IMG/VR virus record: IMGVR_UViG_3300008964_000232
Location: 1 to 35,176 of that record
Reading direction: 5' to 3' (one strand)
DNA: 35,176 nucleotides
Source: a virus
Lineage: Duplodnaviria; Caudoviricetes
Shown piece after piece: positions 7,606 to 18,437 of this stretch. Below the pieces are notes generated by a model. That model worked only from the letters and a program-made list of their open reading frames with translations, did not search any database and was not told the origin of the DNA. Made by a program: the position numbers and the translations under genes. The number at the start of each line of letters is the position of its first letter. Position 1 is the stretch's first letter.

Positions 7606-8334
7606 TTAATCTTCGTCGCCGTAAATGTGCAGTACAGCGGTGACTGCTTCGTGTCTTTCCACGTCTTCACGTTGGAATTCCACAATACCAAACATTTTAT
7701 TTTGGCGTTGTTTTAGTCTCGCGATAAAATCCTTGAGACCGTTTTGTTCATATCCCCTATCATGTTGAGCTAGGTCACCAGTAACAACGATTCTACTACC
7801 TGTACCAATACGTGTTAGCAACATCTTCATCTGTGAGGGTGTTGCGTTTTGCATTTCGTCCGCAATAATAAATGCGTTCTTAAATGTGCGACCACGCATA
7901 TAAGCCAATGGTGCAATCTCAATGATGTTGTCAGCAAGCATACTTTCAATCTGTACTGGACTGAAGTATTCCTGGAATACGTCAAAGATTGGTCGTGTCC
8001 ATGGAGCCATTTTTTCTTCCAATGTACCTGGAAGGAACCCGTGTTGTTCGTCAACACTTACCGCAGGACGGGTTACAACTATCTTTTCAATCTCGCCATT
8101 CTTTAGGGCACGAATTGCTGCAAGCACTGCTAACAGTGTCTTACCTGTACCCGCTGGACCCATCGCAAACACAATATACTTGCGATCGTCGTCTAGCATT
8201 TCAATGTAATCTTCTTGGCGGAGATTTTTTGGAATCATGGTAACATAACGCTGACGGCGTTTCATACCATTTAGTTGAATAACACCTTCATCCTGGTGTT
8301 CTTGGTTTTTTGTTCTACGAGCTCTTTTAGCCAT
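7606..8334 (-). CDS. phoH: PhoH-family ATPase
   Basis: GPAGTGKT, VTRPAV, GFLPG, LAYMRGRTF, DEMQN, VTGDLAQ; AGGAG SD. Confidence 0.95.
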   Translation of the reverse strand: MAKRARRTKNQEHQDEGVIQLNGMKRRQRYVTMIPKNLRQEDYIEMLDDDRKYIVFAMGPAGTGKTLLAVLAAIRALKNGEIEKIVVTRPAVSVDEQHGFLPGTLEEKMAPWTRPIFDVFQEYFSPVQIESMLADNIIEIAPLAYMRGRTFKNAFIIADEMQNATPSQMKMLLTRIGTGSRIVVTGDLAQHDRGYEQNGLKDFIARLKQRQNKMFGIVEFQREDVERHEAVTAVLHIYGDED

Positions 8335-8380
8335 GTTAACTCCTATTAAGTTAATAACCCTACTGAGCTACCCGCACATG

Positions 8381-8436
8381 TATTTAACACCTTAAAATTT
8401 GAAATTAACACTACAGAAAAGTAAAAAGCATAAATA
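8381..8436. promoter_or_regulatory. divergent pair of late promoters
   Basis: Minus-strand TAAATA at 8381-8386 toward phoH; plus-strand ATAAATA at 8430-8436 toward 8459. Confidence 0.55.
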
Positions 8437-8458
8437 GTATTACAGAGGAAATATATTC

Positions 8459-8983
8459 ATGGATCAAACAGATATCGTTAGTCAACTTGACAATAATATT
8501 AATAGCAACAGCGCATTAGAGACACTAATGCAGATTGACAATGTTCTTGAGCGGCTAAATGTGTATGCTTACAAGAACTGGATTGAAGGTGAGGTTGTTG
8601 AAGGCCCACGCATTGAACGTTACTGGGTTACAGTAACAATAATGTATCCATATAAGTTAATGCCAGACCCAAGTGGTGCTGAACGTATCATTGATTTTGG
8701 TGGCAAAGTATATTATGCTAAAGACAGATTGATTACAGCAGCAAAGCTAGTGGATCCAGAAGATCGTGATGTTGTAGATGGTGGCGATGGCTTGCGTCCA
8801 GGTAAACCACGTGCTAAGAAAATTGAACGTCCAGTCTGGCTAGTCACAATCGAACTACCACGTGAAGCAATGGATAGTATGATTACAGCTAAGAACCAGA
8901 TTGCCGATATGAGTATTGACACTGATGCGGTAGAAAACGCATATGATGATGGATTGGGTGATGAAGATGCAATCAGAGCATAA
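8459..8983 (+). CDS. conserved hypothetical large-phage protein
   Basis: GAGGA SD, late promoter, core-like codon usage. Confidence 0.75.
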   Translation: MDQTDIVSQLDNNINSNSALETLMQIDNVLERLNVYAYKNWIEGEVVEGPRIERYWVTVTIMYPYKLMPDPSGAERIIDFGGKVYYAKDRLITAAKLVDPEDRDVVDGGDGLRPGKPRAKKIERPVWLVTIELPREAMDSMITAKNQIADMSIDTDAVENAYDDGLGDEDAIRA

Positions 8984-9467
8984 CGATAAACTAGACGAAG
9001 CAATTCAATCAAACGATCTAAAGGCGCTCGTTGAGCCAGTAATCAGTATTGATCAGTTCAAAAGCAAAGTTGCTGATGATGATCAGGCAGTGGTAGTTGC
9101 AATAAAAATTAACGGCAATTATCCAGCACTAGATCTAAGCCAATTTTTAGAAACAGGCTTTCCAGATGCAATGGATGTAGATATTTCCCCAGGCCCAAAC
9201 GACAAGGGTCTTTACACAGTTTTTATCGAGTTTAAACGCGACAGCAAATTGTTCGACAATATAGATCGTATGCTAGAGGACATCAAGCAAGTAGACAATG
9301 AAATTAACGAATGGACATTTATTAGTTACGAGAACAAGACTCCACAGCTATGGAGTGCTGAAGCGTTTAATGCTAGTGTGATTTCAGACAGCTACGAGTA
9401 TGTTAAAAAGCATAACAAAGATGCCGCTGCTGTTAGTGAACGTATAAAGTTTTTGAACAAATATTAA
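8961..9467 (+). CDS. hypothetical protein, possibly virion-associated
   Basis: Start uncertain (8943/8961/8967); KLDE-A site near the N-terminus; TAATG coupling to infA. Confidence 0.7.
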   Translation: MKMQSEHNDKLDEAIQSNDLKALVEPVISIDQFKSKVADDDQAVVVAIKINGNYPALDLSQFLETGFPDAMDVDISPGPNDKGLYTVFIEFKRDSKLFDNIDRMLEDIKQVDNEINEWTFISYENKTPQLWSAEAFNASVISDSYEYVKKHNKDAAAVSERIKFLNKY

Positions 9468-9685
9468 TGGCAAAAGAAGACGGAATTAAATTTAAGGGCA
9501 AGATAGTTGAGTGCTTGCCCAATGCTATGTTTAAGGTAGAGCTGGAAAACAAGCATACTGTAATTGGCATTATTAGTGGAAAGATACGCAGATTCAACAT
9601 TAACATATTGCTTGGCGACACTGTAGAAATTGAAATGACGCCATATGATCTTACCAAGGGTAGAATTACATATAGGTTTAAATAA
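9467..9685 (+). CDS. infA: translation initiation factor IF-1
   Basis: 72 aa, colinear with bacterial IF-1: [19 protein letters not shown]-x-[18 protein letters not shown]. Confidence 0.95.
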   Translation: MAKEDGIKFKGKIVECLPNAMFKVELENKHTVIGIISGKIRRFNINILLGDTVEIEMTPYDLTKGRITYRFK

Positions 9686-10176
9686 TGGGCTTGATGTTTA
9701 GTCTTTTTAGTAAAATTAAAGTATACCTAATAATGCTGGCATTATTGGGTGCCGCCACCTATGCTGCATATTACTATTATAATGATACCCAAGCAAAACT
9801 AGCACAGTATGCAGCTAACCAAGCACGTCTTGAAATCGCATTAGAAACACAACGAGCGGCAACTGCGGCACTACAACAAAATATACAAGTAATGCAAACA
9901 ACTGTTCGTACATTAAATCAGCAATTTGCTGATAGTCGTAGAACGGTGCAAGACCTAGAGAGAAGATTTAACGAGACAAGTGCTGGGCAACAGCGTGATT
10001 TTGGCGCACTGGCAGCGGCAAGACCAGGGCTTGTTCAAACGATAGTAAATACAGCGACACAAGATGTGTTTAAGTGTTTTGAACAAATTTCAGGCGCTAA
10101 CGTGGAGACTGACAGTGACTTATACAAAAATTGCGATAGCATTAGTAGCAGCACTAACACTAACGGCGTGCAGTAA
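9685..10176 (+). CDS. inner-membrane spanin (Rz-like)
   Basis: N-terminal TM, long Q/A-rich coiled coil, two C-terminal Cys; overlaps the lipoprotein gene. Confidence 0.75.
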   Translation: MGLMFSLFSKIKVYLIMLALLGAATYAAYYYYNDTQAKLAQYAANQARLEIALETQRAATAALQQNIQVMQTTVRTLNQQFADSRRTVQDLERRFNETSAGQQRDFGALAAARPGLVQTIVNTATQDVFKCFEQISGANVETDSDLYKNCDSISSSTNTNGVQ

Positions 10177-10468
10177 ACCTGTTGAGCCAATAGTTGTTGA
10201 TCAGCGACCAATTGAGAAGCCTGTGATAGTTCTGCCACCTGTTGATGAATTTAACTCTAGAACTGTAGAATGGATTGTTGTTACACCAGACAACATAGAG
10301 CAAGTATTTAAAGATTTAGAAGACTCTGGACAGCACATAGTATTGATAGCTCTAACCAGCGATGGTTATGAACACCTATCGCTGAATATGGCAGACCTGT
10401 TAAAATTAGTTCAACAACAGCGCGCCATAATAGCAGCCTACCAAAAATACTATGAAGCACAATCGTAA
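10115..10468 (+). CDS. outer-membrane lipoprotein spanin (Rz1-like)
   Basis: GTG start at 10115 with GGAG SD; signal [19 protein letters not shown] with lipobox; Pro-rich segment. Confidence 0.8.
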   Translation: MTYTKIAIALVAALTLTACSKPVEPIVVDQRPIEKPVIVLPPVDEFNSRTVEWIVVTPDNIEQVFKDLEDSGQHIVLIALTSDGYEHLSLNMADLLKLVQQQRAIIAAYQKYYEAQS

Positions 10469-11132
10469 TCCCTGGGACATTTTAGGAATATCAGAAGACG
10501 CTTCACAGGAAGAAATCCGTGAGGCGTTCAAGCGTCTTGCGATGAAGTATCACCCTGATCGTGACAGTGGTGATCTGGAAACATTTAAACTCATAAACTC
10601 AGCCTACAACAAGTTGAAAAACAATCAGATGGTGCCCATTGTAAAAGCCCCCGAAACAAAGATGGTAAATCTAAAGCTAACACTAAAACAGCAAATTGAA
10701 GGTGTTAACGACTATGTTGATGTGGAAGGTGTGCTACTTAAAGTGAAAATACGCCCAGGTGCTCAAGTGGACGAGAAGATAAAAGTTCGCGGTGACAATC
10801 AAAATTTTATATTAAATATCAAAGAACAAGCACATGAAGACTTTACAAGATACGGATTTAGTCTTATAATGGAGTATGATTTGGACATATTGGAAGCCAT
10901 GACAGGCGGTACGATAAGTATAATTAGTCCAACTGATGAACCATTAGAAATACCAATTCCAGCAAGTGTAACCACAGGATATATCTTGACAATACCGGGC
11001 CAAGGCCTGTATAATAGAAGAACAAACAAACGCGGTAATCTTAACATACATTTACGTTTAAGGGTGCCAATACTAGATACAAACGATAAAATAGAAGAGT
11101 TTATTACAAGGTTAAAGAATGTCAGAAATTGA
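10452..11132 (+). CDS. dnaJ: DnaJ/CbpA-like co-chaperone without zinc finger
   Basis: J domain (NPWDILG...KYHPDR) and DnaJ C-terminal domain (EAMTGG...GQGL...RGNL). Confidence 0.85.
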   Translation: MKHNRNPWDILGISEDASQEEIREAFKRLAMKYHPDRDSGDLETFKLINSAYNKLKNNQMVPIVKAPETKMVNLKLTLKQQIEGVNDYVDVEGVLLKVKIRPGAQVDEKIKVRGDNQNFILNIKEQAHEDFTRYGFSLIMEYDLDILEAMTGGTISIISPTDEPLEIPIPASVTTGYILTIPGQGLYNRRTNKRGNLNIHLRLRVPILDTNDKIEEFITRLKNVRN

Positions 11133-13512
11133 AAACATTGTCCTACAGTCGATCAACTTGGCTAAAAAACTACGTCACCAATACGTAACAATCGAACACT
11201 TGACAATCGTTGTCATGGACGATGTTTCAGTACGTGCTATGTGCTATGAAGTTCAAGCAGATTGTGTGGGTATTCAGGAATCTCTTCTAGAGTATTTGAA
11301 GCAAGATTGTACTGAGCTAAAAGGCGCACCTGATGAAGAAGTACAACCGCGAAAAACACAGATGCTTGAACGTGTGTTTAATCGTGCGTTAACACAAGCA
11401 CTATTTCAAGGTAAACAAGCTATCAATCAGATAGATTTGCTACAAAGTATTTTGAGTGAAGAAGCCAGTGCCGCAAGTCTGTTCAGTGGTGAAATGGGAT
11501 TGGACAAACATGTAATTACTGAATGGCTTATGGACGTTCGTATGGAACAGCAAGCTGAGTTTGAAGAACGTATGAGTCAGTTGACTGACGAAGAGCGTGA
11601 GGAACAAGACGAGTTTGGGCCTCCGGAATACCGAAAAGTAGTTTCAAACAATAAGCAACAGCAACGTGCTCGTAATACAAACAAAACAAGTCAAGCCTGG
11701 GACGTACTATCACAATTCACAGTTAACATGAATCAAGTAAGTCCTGAATACGACGATGTTGTTGGTCGTCGTGAAGAACTACGTGATCTTGTACAAACAC
11801 TTTCCCGTAAGAAAAAATCCAACGCTATCCTTGTCGGCCCAAGTGGGGTAGGTAAAACTGCTATTGTCGAGGGACTTGCTAAACTTATCGTTGAAGGCAA
11901 TGTTCCAGAAGTAATGGAAAAGTATACTGTACTATCACTAGATATGGGAAAGCTAGTTGCTGGAACAAAATATCGTGGTGACTTTGAAGAACGTATGAAG
12001 AACTTGGTCGAGGCACTTGAACTAGTTGACGATGTGATCCTGTTTATTGATGAAATTCACATGGTTATTGGTGCTGGCTCGACTGGCGGCGGTGCTATGG
12101 ACGCTGGCAACATGATTAAACCAGCACTAAGCGGCGGCACACTAAAAGTAATCGGTGCAACTACAGATGAAGAATTCCGTAAGATTTTTGAGAAGGAAAG
12201 CGCACTTGCCCGCCGCTTTACTAAAATCAACGTTGGTGAACCAAGTGTAGAAGAAGCAAAAGAAATCCTACGTAATACTATTGTGAGTTACGAAGTACAC
12301 CATGGATTTGATATTGATCCTGAAGCATGTGACTTGGCAGTTGACCTGACCGCTGAATATGTGTTTAACAAAAAACTACCAGACAAAGCATTTGATATCA
12401 TTGACCGTGCGTGTGCGTATAATAAGATTCTACCAAGTGATCAACAAGTATCAATTATTAGTGCTACAGAAATTCGTAATGAAGTAGCACGTACAGTTGG
12501 TATTCCAGCAGAGCATTTGGGTAACCAAACTGAGGAGCATACCATTAATAAGCACGGACACGTTGAGGACTATCTCAAAGGCACTGTATTTGGACAGGAT
12601 TCTGTAATTATGCGTGTATGTGATTCTATCACTGTTAGCATGGCTGGACTTAAAGATCCTACTAAGCCAGTTGGCTCATTCTTGTTTACTGGACCTACTG
12701 GTGTTGGTAAAACAGAACTCGCAAAACGTTTGGCACAAGCTATGGGTATGAAACTTGTGCGTTACGACATGGCTGAATATCAGGAGCGTCACACTGTAAG
12801 TAAACTTATCGGTAGCCCTCCAGGATATGTAGGACATGGTGACGGCAAAGCTGGCGATGGTTTGCTTATCAGCAACCTTGAAGATAGTCCAAACTGTGTG
12901 TTGCTACTAGACGAAGTTGAAAAAGCACACCCAGACATTATGACTGTTCTACTGTCACTACTTGATGAGGGTGTTATTACCAGCAGCACAGGTAAAAAAG
13001 TAAGTGCCAAGAACGCTATCATTATAATGACCAGTAACCTTGGCGCTCGTGAAGGCGCGACAAAGGCTATTGGCTTTAGTGACAAGACATACAACTCTAA
13101 AGCAGTTGACGATGCAATCAACAACTTCTTTGCTCCTGAATTCCGCAACCGTTTGGATGCTATTGTTCGTTTTAATGCACTACGTCCAGAGAACATGCAA
13201 CGTATTGTTGTTAAGTTCTTGGGACAGATTGAAGGCTTGACAGCAGGCCGTAACATTGAACTAACCTGGACGCAGGATTTGAAAAACTATTTGGAAAAAG
13301 AAGGCTTTGATCCAGCAATGGGCGCTCGCCCACTAGCACGACTAATTAATGAGAAAGTTAAACTACCACTGGCCAAGTTTATGATGGAACATGGAGAAAT
13401 CCATAATTCAAAGTTTACTGTAAACTGGGATGGCACCCAGACTATTATCACTGTGAAGAGTGATAGAAAACCAGAGGCTTTAATTGATGCAAGACCTGAC
13501 CCAACATCCTAA
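11119..13512 (+). CDS. clpA: ClpA-type AAA+ unfoldase
   Basis: Clp N domain, NBD1 ([15 protein letters not shown]), NBD2 ([17 protein letters not shown]), no ClpB middle domain, IGF loop (KAIGFS), MGARPL. Confidence 0.9.
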   Translation: MSEIENIVLQSINLAKKLRHQYVTIEHLTIVVMDDVSVRAMCYEVQADCVGIQESLLEYLKQDCTELKGAPDEEVQPRKTQMLERVFNRALTQALFQGKQAINQIDLLQSILSEEASAASLFSGEMGLDKHVITEWLMDVRMEQQAEFEERMSQLTDEEREEQDEFGPPEYRKVVSNNKQQQRARNTNKTSQAWDVLSQFTVNMNQVSPEYDDVVGRREELRDLVQTLSRKKKSNAILVGPSGVGKTAIVEGLAKLIVEGNVPEVMEKYTVLSLDMGKLVAGTKYRGDFEERMKNLVEALELVDDVILFIDEIHMVIGAGSTGGGAMDAGNMIKPALSGGTLKVIGATTDEEFRKIFEKESALARRFTKINVGEPSVEEAKEILRNTIVSYEVHHGFDIDPEACDLAVDLTAEYVFNKKLPDKAFDIIDRACAYNKILPSDQQVSIISATEIRNEVARTVGIPAEHLGNQTEEHTINKHGHVEDYLKGTVFGQDSVIMRVCDSITVSMAGLKDPTKPVGSFLFTGPTGVGKTELAKRLAQAMGMKLVRYDMAEYQERHTVSKLIGSPPGYVGHGDGKAGDGLLISNLEDSPNCVLLLDEVEKAHPDIMTVLLSLLDEGVITSSTGKKVSAKNAIIIMTSNLGAREGATKAIGFSDKTYNSKAVDDAINNFFAPEFRNRLDAIVRFNALRPENMQRIVVKFLGQIEGLTAGRNIELTWTQDLKNYLEKEGFDPAMGARPLARLINEKVKLPLAKFMMEHGEIHNSKFTVNWDGTQTIITVKSDRKPEALIDARPDPTS

Positions 13513-14167
13513 ATGGGTGCAAAGTAATAAACTATATTACGGAAAATATGAGTGTGCGATTACTATTGGACCGTACACTCAATATAACTATGTAAATTTA
13601 CAACACTATATTATTCCAAATCGCAAAGCAAGTGATGATATTAGTCATAGAACACGCCGTCTTATGAACTTAAATTTTTCTCATACACAGCAAAGCGATG
13701 ATATAAAGTTTCACTACATGCTAACAGTGTATACAAGTCACCGCGGGTTTGTAGATTGGATTGTATACCAAAGCGGATATCCTATTGCAAGCGTTGTTTC
13801 ACCAGCTAACGCAGACCATGCCAAGATTATGCACAGTTTGGATGAAAAGAGCGAATTTAGAAAACGTTTATATCACGGCAAATACAAGTTTAGAGTAAAT
13901 GCAACTCGTCCTTGGCGTAGTAATACCACTGATGAGGAAATGATTGCAGCCTATGACTGGGCAATGGATCAATTTGATACCACTGATAATAAAATACTGC
14001 GCCGCGCTGGGGGATATTATAATTATAGATACACTGGACGCCGTATGACTACCATACCTTATATCTACACTAATAACGAGGCAGCTATTATGTTGTTTAA
14101 AATGGCGTTCAGTAACACACTCAGCATTAAAGTAACACGTGCAATAACACTAGACAATATAGACTGA
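13484..14167 (+). CDS. hypothetical protein
   Basis: 227-aa ORF overlapping the clpA end; C-terminal EAAIMLFKMAF. Confidence 0.7.
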   Translation: MMQDLTQHPKWVQSNKLYYGKYECAITIGPYTQYNYVNLQHYIIPNRKASDDISHRTRRLMNLNFSHTQQSDDIKFHYMLTVYTSHRGFVDWIVYQSGYPIASVVSPANADHAKIMHSLDEKSEFRKRLYHGKYKFRVNATRPWRSNTTDEEMIAAYDWAMDQFDTTDNKILRRAGGYYNYRYTGRRMTTIPYIYTNNEAAIMLFKMAFSNTLSIKVTRAITLDNID

Positions 14168-14176
14168 GCTTTTTTA

Positions 14177-14183
14177 ATAAATA
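14177..14183 (+). promoter_or_regulatory. late promoter
   Basis: ATAAATA upstream of an AAAGGAG SD. Confidence 0.6.
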
Positions 14184-14207
14184 CTATTATTAAAGGAGAG
14201 CTCACGA

Positions 14208-14384
14208 ATGGCAAAAATTAACGAGTCTATTATCGTTGTTAAAGTCAGTAAGCTAGTAAAAGATTCAGATGCTAGTCGTCCAGCCTTAGATGCAGACGTA
14301 ATAGCACAGCTAGAAGAAGTTATTAGAACTCTAGCTGATGAAGGTTCACTGGTTGAAATTGAGACTATGGATAACAACGGATAA
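14208..14384 (+). CDS. 58-aa hypothetical protein (not in ORF track)
   Basis: AAAGGAG SD; MAKINESIIVVKVSKLVKDSDASRPALDADVIAQLEEVIRTLADEGSLVEIETMDNNG*. Confidence 0.8.
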   Translation: MAKINESIIVVKVSKLVKDSDASRPALDADVIAQLEEVIRTLADEGSLVEIETMDNNG

Positions 14385-14390
14385 CAAGAC

Positions 14391-14762
14391 ATGGCAAACA
14401 GCACAATAATTTTATCAAATCAAACGCAGATGTCGTACACTGGGGAGAAACACCGCGGTGACGGCTTTTATGGCTTTGCGGATGGTTTACACACAGTAAG
14501 TTTCCACGTAACAAACTTCACTGGCCGTATTTGCTTACAGGCAACACTGTTAGAAAATCCTACAGAAGCAGATTGGTTCTTCATTCAATTACAGCAAGAT
14601 ACTGTGCATATTGAGTGGGACAACGAATCAGAAACACTTGGTACAAGTTTTATTGGAAACTTCGTTTATATTAGAGCTGTTGTCGATAGAAGCTACTTAA
14701 TAGATCAAAACTATAACCCATCAGTTCATGGATTAGTTGACAAAGTAGTATTAATGATTTAA
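14391..14762 (+). CDS. hypothetical beta-rich protein, probably structural
   Basis: In a late operon just before the fibre gene. Confidence 0.7.
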   Translation: MANSTIILSNQTQMSYTGEKHRGDGFYGFADGLHTVSFHVTNFTGRICLQATLLENPTEADWFFIQLQQDTVHIEWDNESETLGTSFIGNFVYIRAVVDRSYLIDQNYNPSVHGLVDKVVLMI

Positions 14763-14777
14763 TGGGGGTAGTAAAAA

Positions 14778-16928
14778 TTGGCAATTAAGGCGTATAATAG
14801 TAATACTGGCAATAGTATTATTGATACTAGTATTAAATTTGTTGAGGGCGACATGCTGGCATTTGATGCTAGAAAAAACTTGTTTGTTCGCACAACACGG
14901 GCAGAAATAGCAACCGTAGACTTAACTGGATACGCTACACTTGCACAAGTACAGTCACTGATAGACAATATAGATGGTGGCACTGCTACTACTATAGATT
15001 GGGCAAATGTTACTACCAAACCAACAATCCCAAGCATTGATGGGTTAGCAAGTGAAGCATATGTAACACAACAAATTGCGCTAAGTCAACCAGACTTAAC
15101 TTCATATTCTACTAAAACATATGTTGACACGGCTATCGCCGCAGCACTGGCTAGTGCGGGCAGTGGTGATCTTTCAACCTATTACACTAAAACCGAAGTA
15201 GACAATCTGTTAGCAAATTATCAGCCATCAATAGATCTATCAGGATATGCTACCACTGGTTATGTTACAAATCAACTAACTGCCTACCAACCAAAATTTG
15301 ATCTATCACAATACGCTACAAAGGCATATGTTGCTGGCGAAGTATTCAGCGGCGATTATAACGATTTAACAAACAAACCAACACTATTCAGCGGCAGTTA
15401 TAATGATTTAACAAACAAGCCAATTATCTTCAGTGGCAACTACGCCGACCTTTATAATCAGCCAATCATTCCAAGTATTGACGGATTGGCAAGCATTGCG
15501 TATGTTGATCAACAGATTGCAAACGTAGCCAGTGGTGGCAGTATTGATTTAAGTAGTTATGTAACTGAAACTGAACTAGCAACTGCCCTAGCTGGTTATC
15601 AACCAAGTGTTGACCTAACATCATACTACACAAAGACTGAAGTAGATGGTTTAATAACACCACACTTTAGTGGCGATTATACTGATCTAACCAATACGCC
15701 AACTATCCCAAGTTTAACTGGATATGCTACACAGGCATATGTAGATAGTGCAGTTGCAAACAGCAGTGGCGGTGGTAGTGTTGATTTAACTGGATATGCC
15801 ACACAAACATATGTGCAACAGCAAATCAGTGCAGCAACACTTGGAGTAATTGCAAACGTTGGCGACTTAAATGATGTTGCCATTGATACTAATCTTGACG
15901 CATTGCACCAAGCATTAATATGGAACGGTGTTAACAATCTCTGGGAAAACGTTGACCTAGAAGATACATTTGCTACAAAGGTTTATGTTACTGAACAGCT
16001 AGCAAACATTCTAAGTAACGGACAGATAACACTTGACGGTTATGCCACTGAGTCTTATGTAACACAAAAGCTACTGGAACGTGGTGATCACTTTAGTGGT
16101 AACTATAACGACCTAGTCAACCGTCCAATTCTTTTCAGTGGTGATTATCGTGATCTAATTAACGCACCAGCAGACAACAGCGATCTGAGACTTATGTTAG
16201 TTGGTGATGAACTACAGTTACTAAACATTGAGCCTGAACCAGATACCGTTATTAGTAGAATTACACTAGATGATCTAGGTACAGCGGTGTCAGCTTATAT
16301 TGACTACAATCAAGTAAGTAACTTACCAGACATTTTTAGTGGTGACTACAATGATCTAGTTAACCGCCCAATACTATTCAGTGGTAACTACAATGACCTA
16401 GCAAACAAGCCATACATTCCAAGTATTGCTGGCTTGGCTACTGAAACATATGTTAACAACAAACACGCTGAACCAACTATCTATGGTGATAAAACATTCA
16501 AAGGCAGCGTAACATTTGAAAGTTTCACACTGCAAAAAATTAGTACTGTTAGCCATACTGCCGCTATCAAGAATATGGTTATGGCGATCCGCACAACTAA
16601 TGCTATTCCAACAGAAGTACTATTAAATGGTGGCAGCAGAATTACTATTGCCAGTGGCACAACTGCGATGTTTAAAATTACGTTTGTTGCAACCAGCGGG
16701 GCTGACTCAGCAAGTTTTGTTGTACGTGGTATTATTGACAACAACAGTGCTGGCCTAAGGCTAATTGGTTCAAACATTACAGAGACAATTGCTGACAGCG
16801 ATCAAACTTGGTCAGGCGCGGCAAGTGCTAACATTGTAAACGATAGCTTAAAAATTGTAGTCACAGGCAGCGATGCAACCACAGTTGACTGGACAGTGTT
16901 TGTAGAACTAAATGAAGTAGTAAGATAA
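14778..16928 (+). CDS. repeat-rich fibre-like virion protein
   Basis: TTG start after a GGGGG SD; about 10-14 DLxxYATxxYV repeats, 8 FSGxYxDLxNxP repeats, beta-rich C-terminal domain. Confidence 0.75.
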   Translation: MAIKAYNSNTGNSIIDTSIKFVEGDMLAFDARKNLFVRTTRAEIATVDLTGYATLAQVQSLIDNIDGGTATTIDWANVTTKPTIPSIDGLASEAYVTQQIALSQPDLTSYSTKTYVDTAIAAALASAGSGDLSTYYTKTEVDNLLANYQPSIDLSGYATTGYVTNQLTAYQPKFDLSQYATKAYVAGEVFSGDYNDLTNKPTLFSGSYNDLTNKPIIFSGNYADLYNQPIIPSIDGLASIAYVDQQIANVASGGSIDLSSYVTETELATALAGYQPSVDLTSYYTKTEVDGLITPHFSGDYTDLTNTPTIPSLTGYATQAYVDSAVANSSGGGSVDLTGYATQTYVQQQISAATLGVIANVGDLNDVAIDTNLDALHQALIWNGVNNLWENVDLEDTFATKVYVTEQLANILSNGQITLDGYATESYVTQKLLERGDHFSGNYNDLVNRPILFSGDYRDLINAPADNSDLRLMLVGDELQLLNIEPEPDTVISRITLDDLGTAVSAYIDYNQVSNLPDIFSGDYNDLVNRPILFSGNYNDLANKPYIPSIAGLATETYVNNKHAEPTIYGDKTFKGSVTFESFTLQKISTVSHTAAIKNMVMAIRTTNAIPTEVLLNGGSRITIASGTTAMFKITFVATSGADSASFVVRGIIDNNSAGLRLIGSNITETIADSDQTWSGAASANIVNDSLKIVVTGSDATTVDWTVFVELNEVVR
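15344..15470 (+). repeat. 42-nt-period coding tandem repeat (three FSGxYxDLxNxP units)
   Basis: Units of the form ttcagcggc...tataa(c/t)gatttaacaaacaa(a/g)cca; further copies near 15665, 16090-16170 and 16335-16415. Confidence 0.75.
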
Positions 16929-16975
16929 ATAAGCATAAGCGTAACAACGCAGATTTTTAAAAAGGAGTCATTATA

Positions 16976-17281
16976 ATGGCAACACGTAACCCAGCAAACG
17001 TTATCCGGTTTAATGTAGGTAACTTTGGCGCACCAGTAAGCGTTTATTTAATTGGAAATGCAGCAGGCGCAGACGCACAAGTAGCACCGGGCGAAGACAT
17101 GGAAGCATTTGTAGAAGCAGTACAAAAGCGTGGCATTACGCTAGCTATTGGTGCATACAATGCAGGCGCATTCCGCATTTATGTTGAGAACTCAGGATGG
17201 GACGCAGCAACACTTGAAACAGCAGTACAAGCAGTTGGCGGTGTTTTTGCAGCAGCTACAGTAGCAGACGCAACACTGTAA
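16976..17281 (+). CDS. Ala/Gly-rich small protein, likely an abundant late virion protein
   Basis: Own late promoter (ATAAATA 16925-16931), AAGGAG SD, terminator downstream. Confidence 0.75.
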   Translation: MATRNPANVIRFNVGNFGAPVSVYLIGNAAGADAQVAPGEDMEAFVEAVQKRGITLAIGAYNAGAFRIYVENSGWDAATLETAVQAVGGVFAAATVADATL

Positions 17282-17308
17282 TAATTGCTCTCCAACTGAG
17301 AGTGGCCC

Positions 17309-17334
17309 AAGCCCAGTGTTTCCACTGGGCTTTT
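17309..17334 (+). terminator. Rho-independent terminator
   Basis: AAGCCCAGTG-TTTC-CACTGGGCTTTT. Confidence 0.8.
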
Positions 17335-17383
17335 CCATGGATATCAGCTAAATACATATAATTACGGGGGTAACACATGCATT

Positions 17384-17797
17384 ATGGCAATACGAGATCT
17401 AGGTCCAATGGATTTGAATAAAGACGGAACGATAAGTAAATGGGAACTATTCCCATATTGGTTTGATAGACTGCGTCTATTTCCACGTGCATTTATCACA
17501 ATGTACATGTATATGTTCTATCGTGTAGTAGAATGGTTTATGGCATTGCCAGACCCAACTATGGAACAAGCTGGACTTGTAAGCGTAGTAACTGGCGCAG
17601 GTGCAGCATGGTTTGGACTTTATGTAAATAGTGGTAATATCACCCCTGGACCAATTGTAGTACAATCAACTACAACACCAACAGTTGCAGCAAGATCAAC
17701 TAATAGTACTAGAAGGCAGTCAAATAGATCAAGAACAACAGAGCCAGCAATTGCTCCACTTGATGACGACGACATAACGGAAAACCCACACGGTTAA
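17384..17797 (+). CDS. two-TM membrane protein with an EF-hand-like N-terminal loop
   Basis: DLNKDGTISKWE; two hydrophobic helices; S/T/R-rich tail; TAAATA at 17349-17354. Confidence 0.7.
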   Translation: MAIRDLGPMDLNKDGTISKWELFPYWFDRLRLFPRAFITMYMYMFYRVVEWFMALPDPTMEQAGLVSVVTGAGAAWFGLYVNSGNITPGPIVVQSTTTPTVAARSTNSTRRQSNRSRTTEPAIAPLDDDDITENPHG

Positions 17798-17810
17798 AAA
17801 AGGATTATCA

Positions 17811-18374
17811 ATGTTTTATCAAAATCACATACAACTAAAGACTCCAGAAATGCTAGACGCTGATACTGCTAAACAGTGGTATCAGACAGTGAAAAGTTTT
17901 GGGCCTGAAAATATAACATACAGTTATCAGATGGGAGAAAACTTTATTGCTATGGAGTACGGTACATGTGAAGATTGTGAATTTCAACACGCATATGTTG
18001 TTCCACTAGTTCGTAACTTAACAGAGACAGAAGCAGCGTTTATTGTGCAAGCATGGGAATATTTGTACGATGGTGACTTTGATGTTGAACTAAGCAGCAA
18101 CTATGATGCTGGTATGCTGGGTAACGATGGTGTTGAGTTAAGTGTAGATGAAGAAACAAGAGCTCAGGCTGTAGCGGAGATGAGCAAATGGAATCACAAT
18201 CGTTGGGTTGACAGTATGGTAAACGAAGGTTGGCGCCATGGTCCATATTTTAGCAATACTGGTAAAACACATCCAGCATTGCGCAGTTGGGATATGCTGC
18301 CAGAAAGCCATCGTAGAAGTCCATCATTTACAGATGCTGAAGTTATCCAGTGGGTAATGCGTAATAAATCTTGA
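17811..18374 (+). CDS. RyR-domain protein
   Basis: C-terminal HNRW...GWRHG...KTHPALRSWDMLPE matches the RyR repeat. Confidence 0.75.
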   Translation: MFYQNHIQLKTPEMLDADTAKQWYQTVKSFGPENITYSYQMGENFIAMEYGTCEDCEFQHAYVVPLVRNLTETEAAFIVQAWEYLYDGDFDVELSSNYDAGMLGNDGVELSVDEETRAQAVAEMSKWNHNRWVDSMVNEGWRHGPYFSNTGKTHPALRSWDMLPESHRRSPSFTDAEVIQWVMRNKS

Positions 18375-18398
18375 CAGTCTATGCATATATGCTATAGT
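18371..18398 (+). promoter_or_regulatory. sigma70 promoter with extended -10
   Basis: TTGACA, 16 nt, TGcTATAGT. Confidence 0.65.
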
Positions 18399-18437
18399 TA
18401 AGTATGTGCAATACTATCATCAAGGATCTATAGGACT

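Noticed and set aside
11119-13512. ClpB
   Set aside because: No coiled-coil middle domain, and an IGF loop is present
15344-16415. CRISPR array or DGR repeat pair
   Set aside because: The repeats are in-frame coding units varying at synonymous sites; no spacers, cas genes or reverse transcriptase
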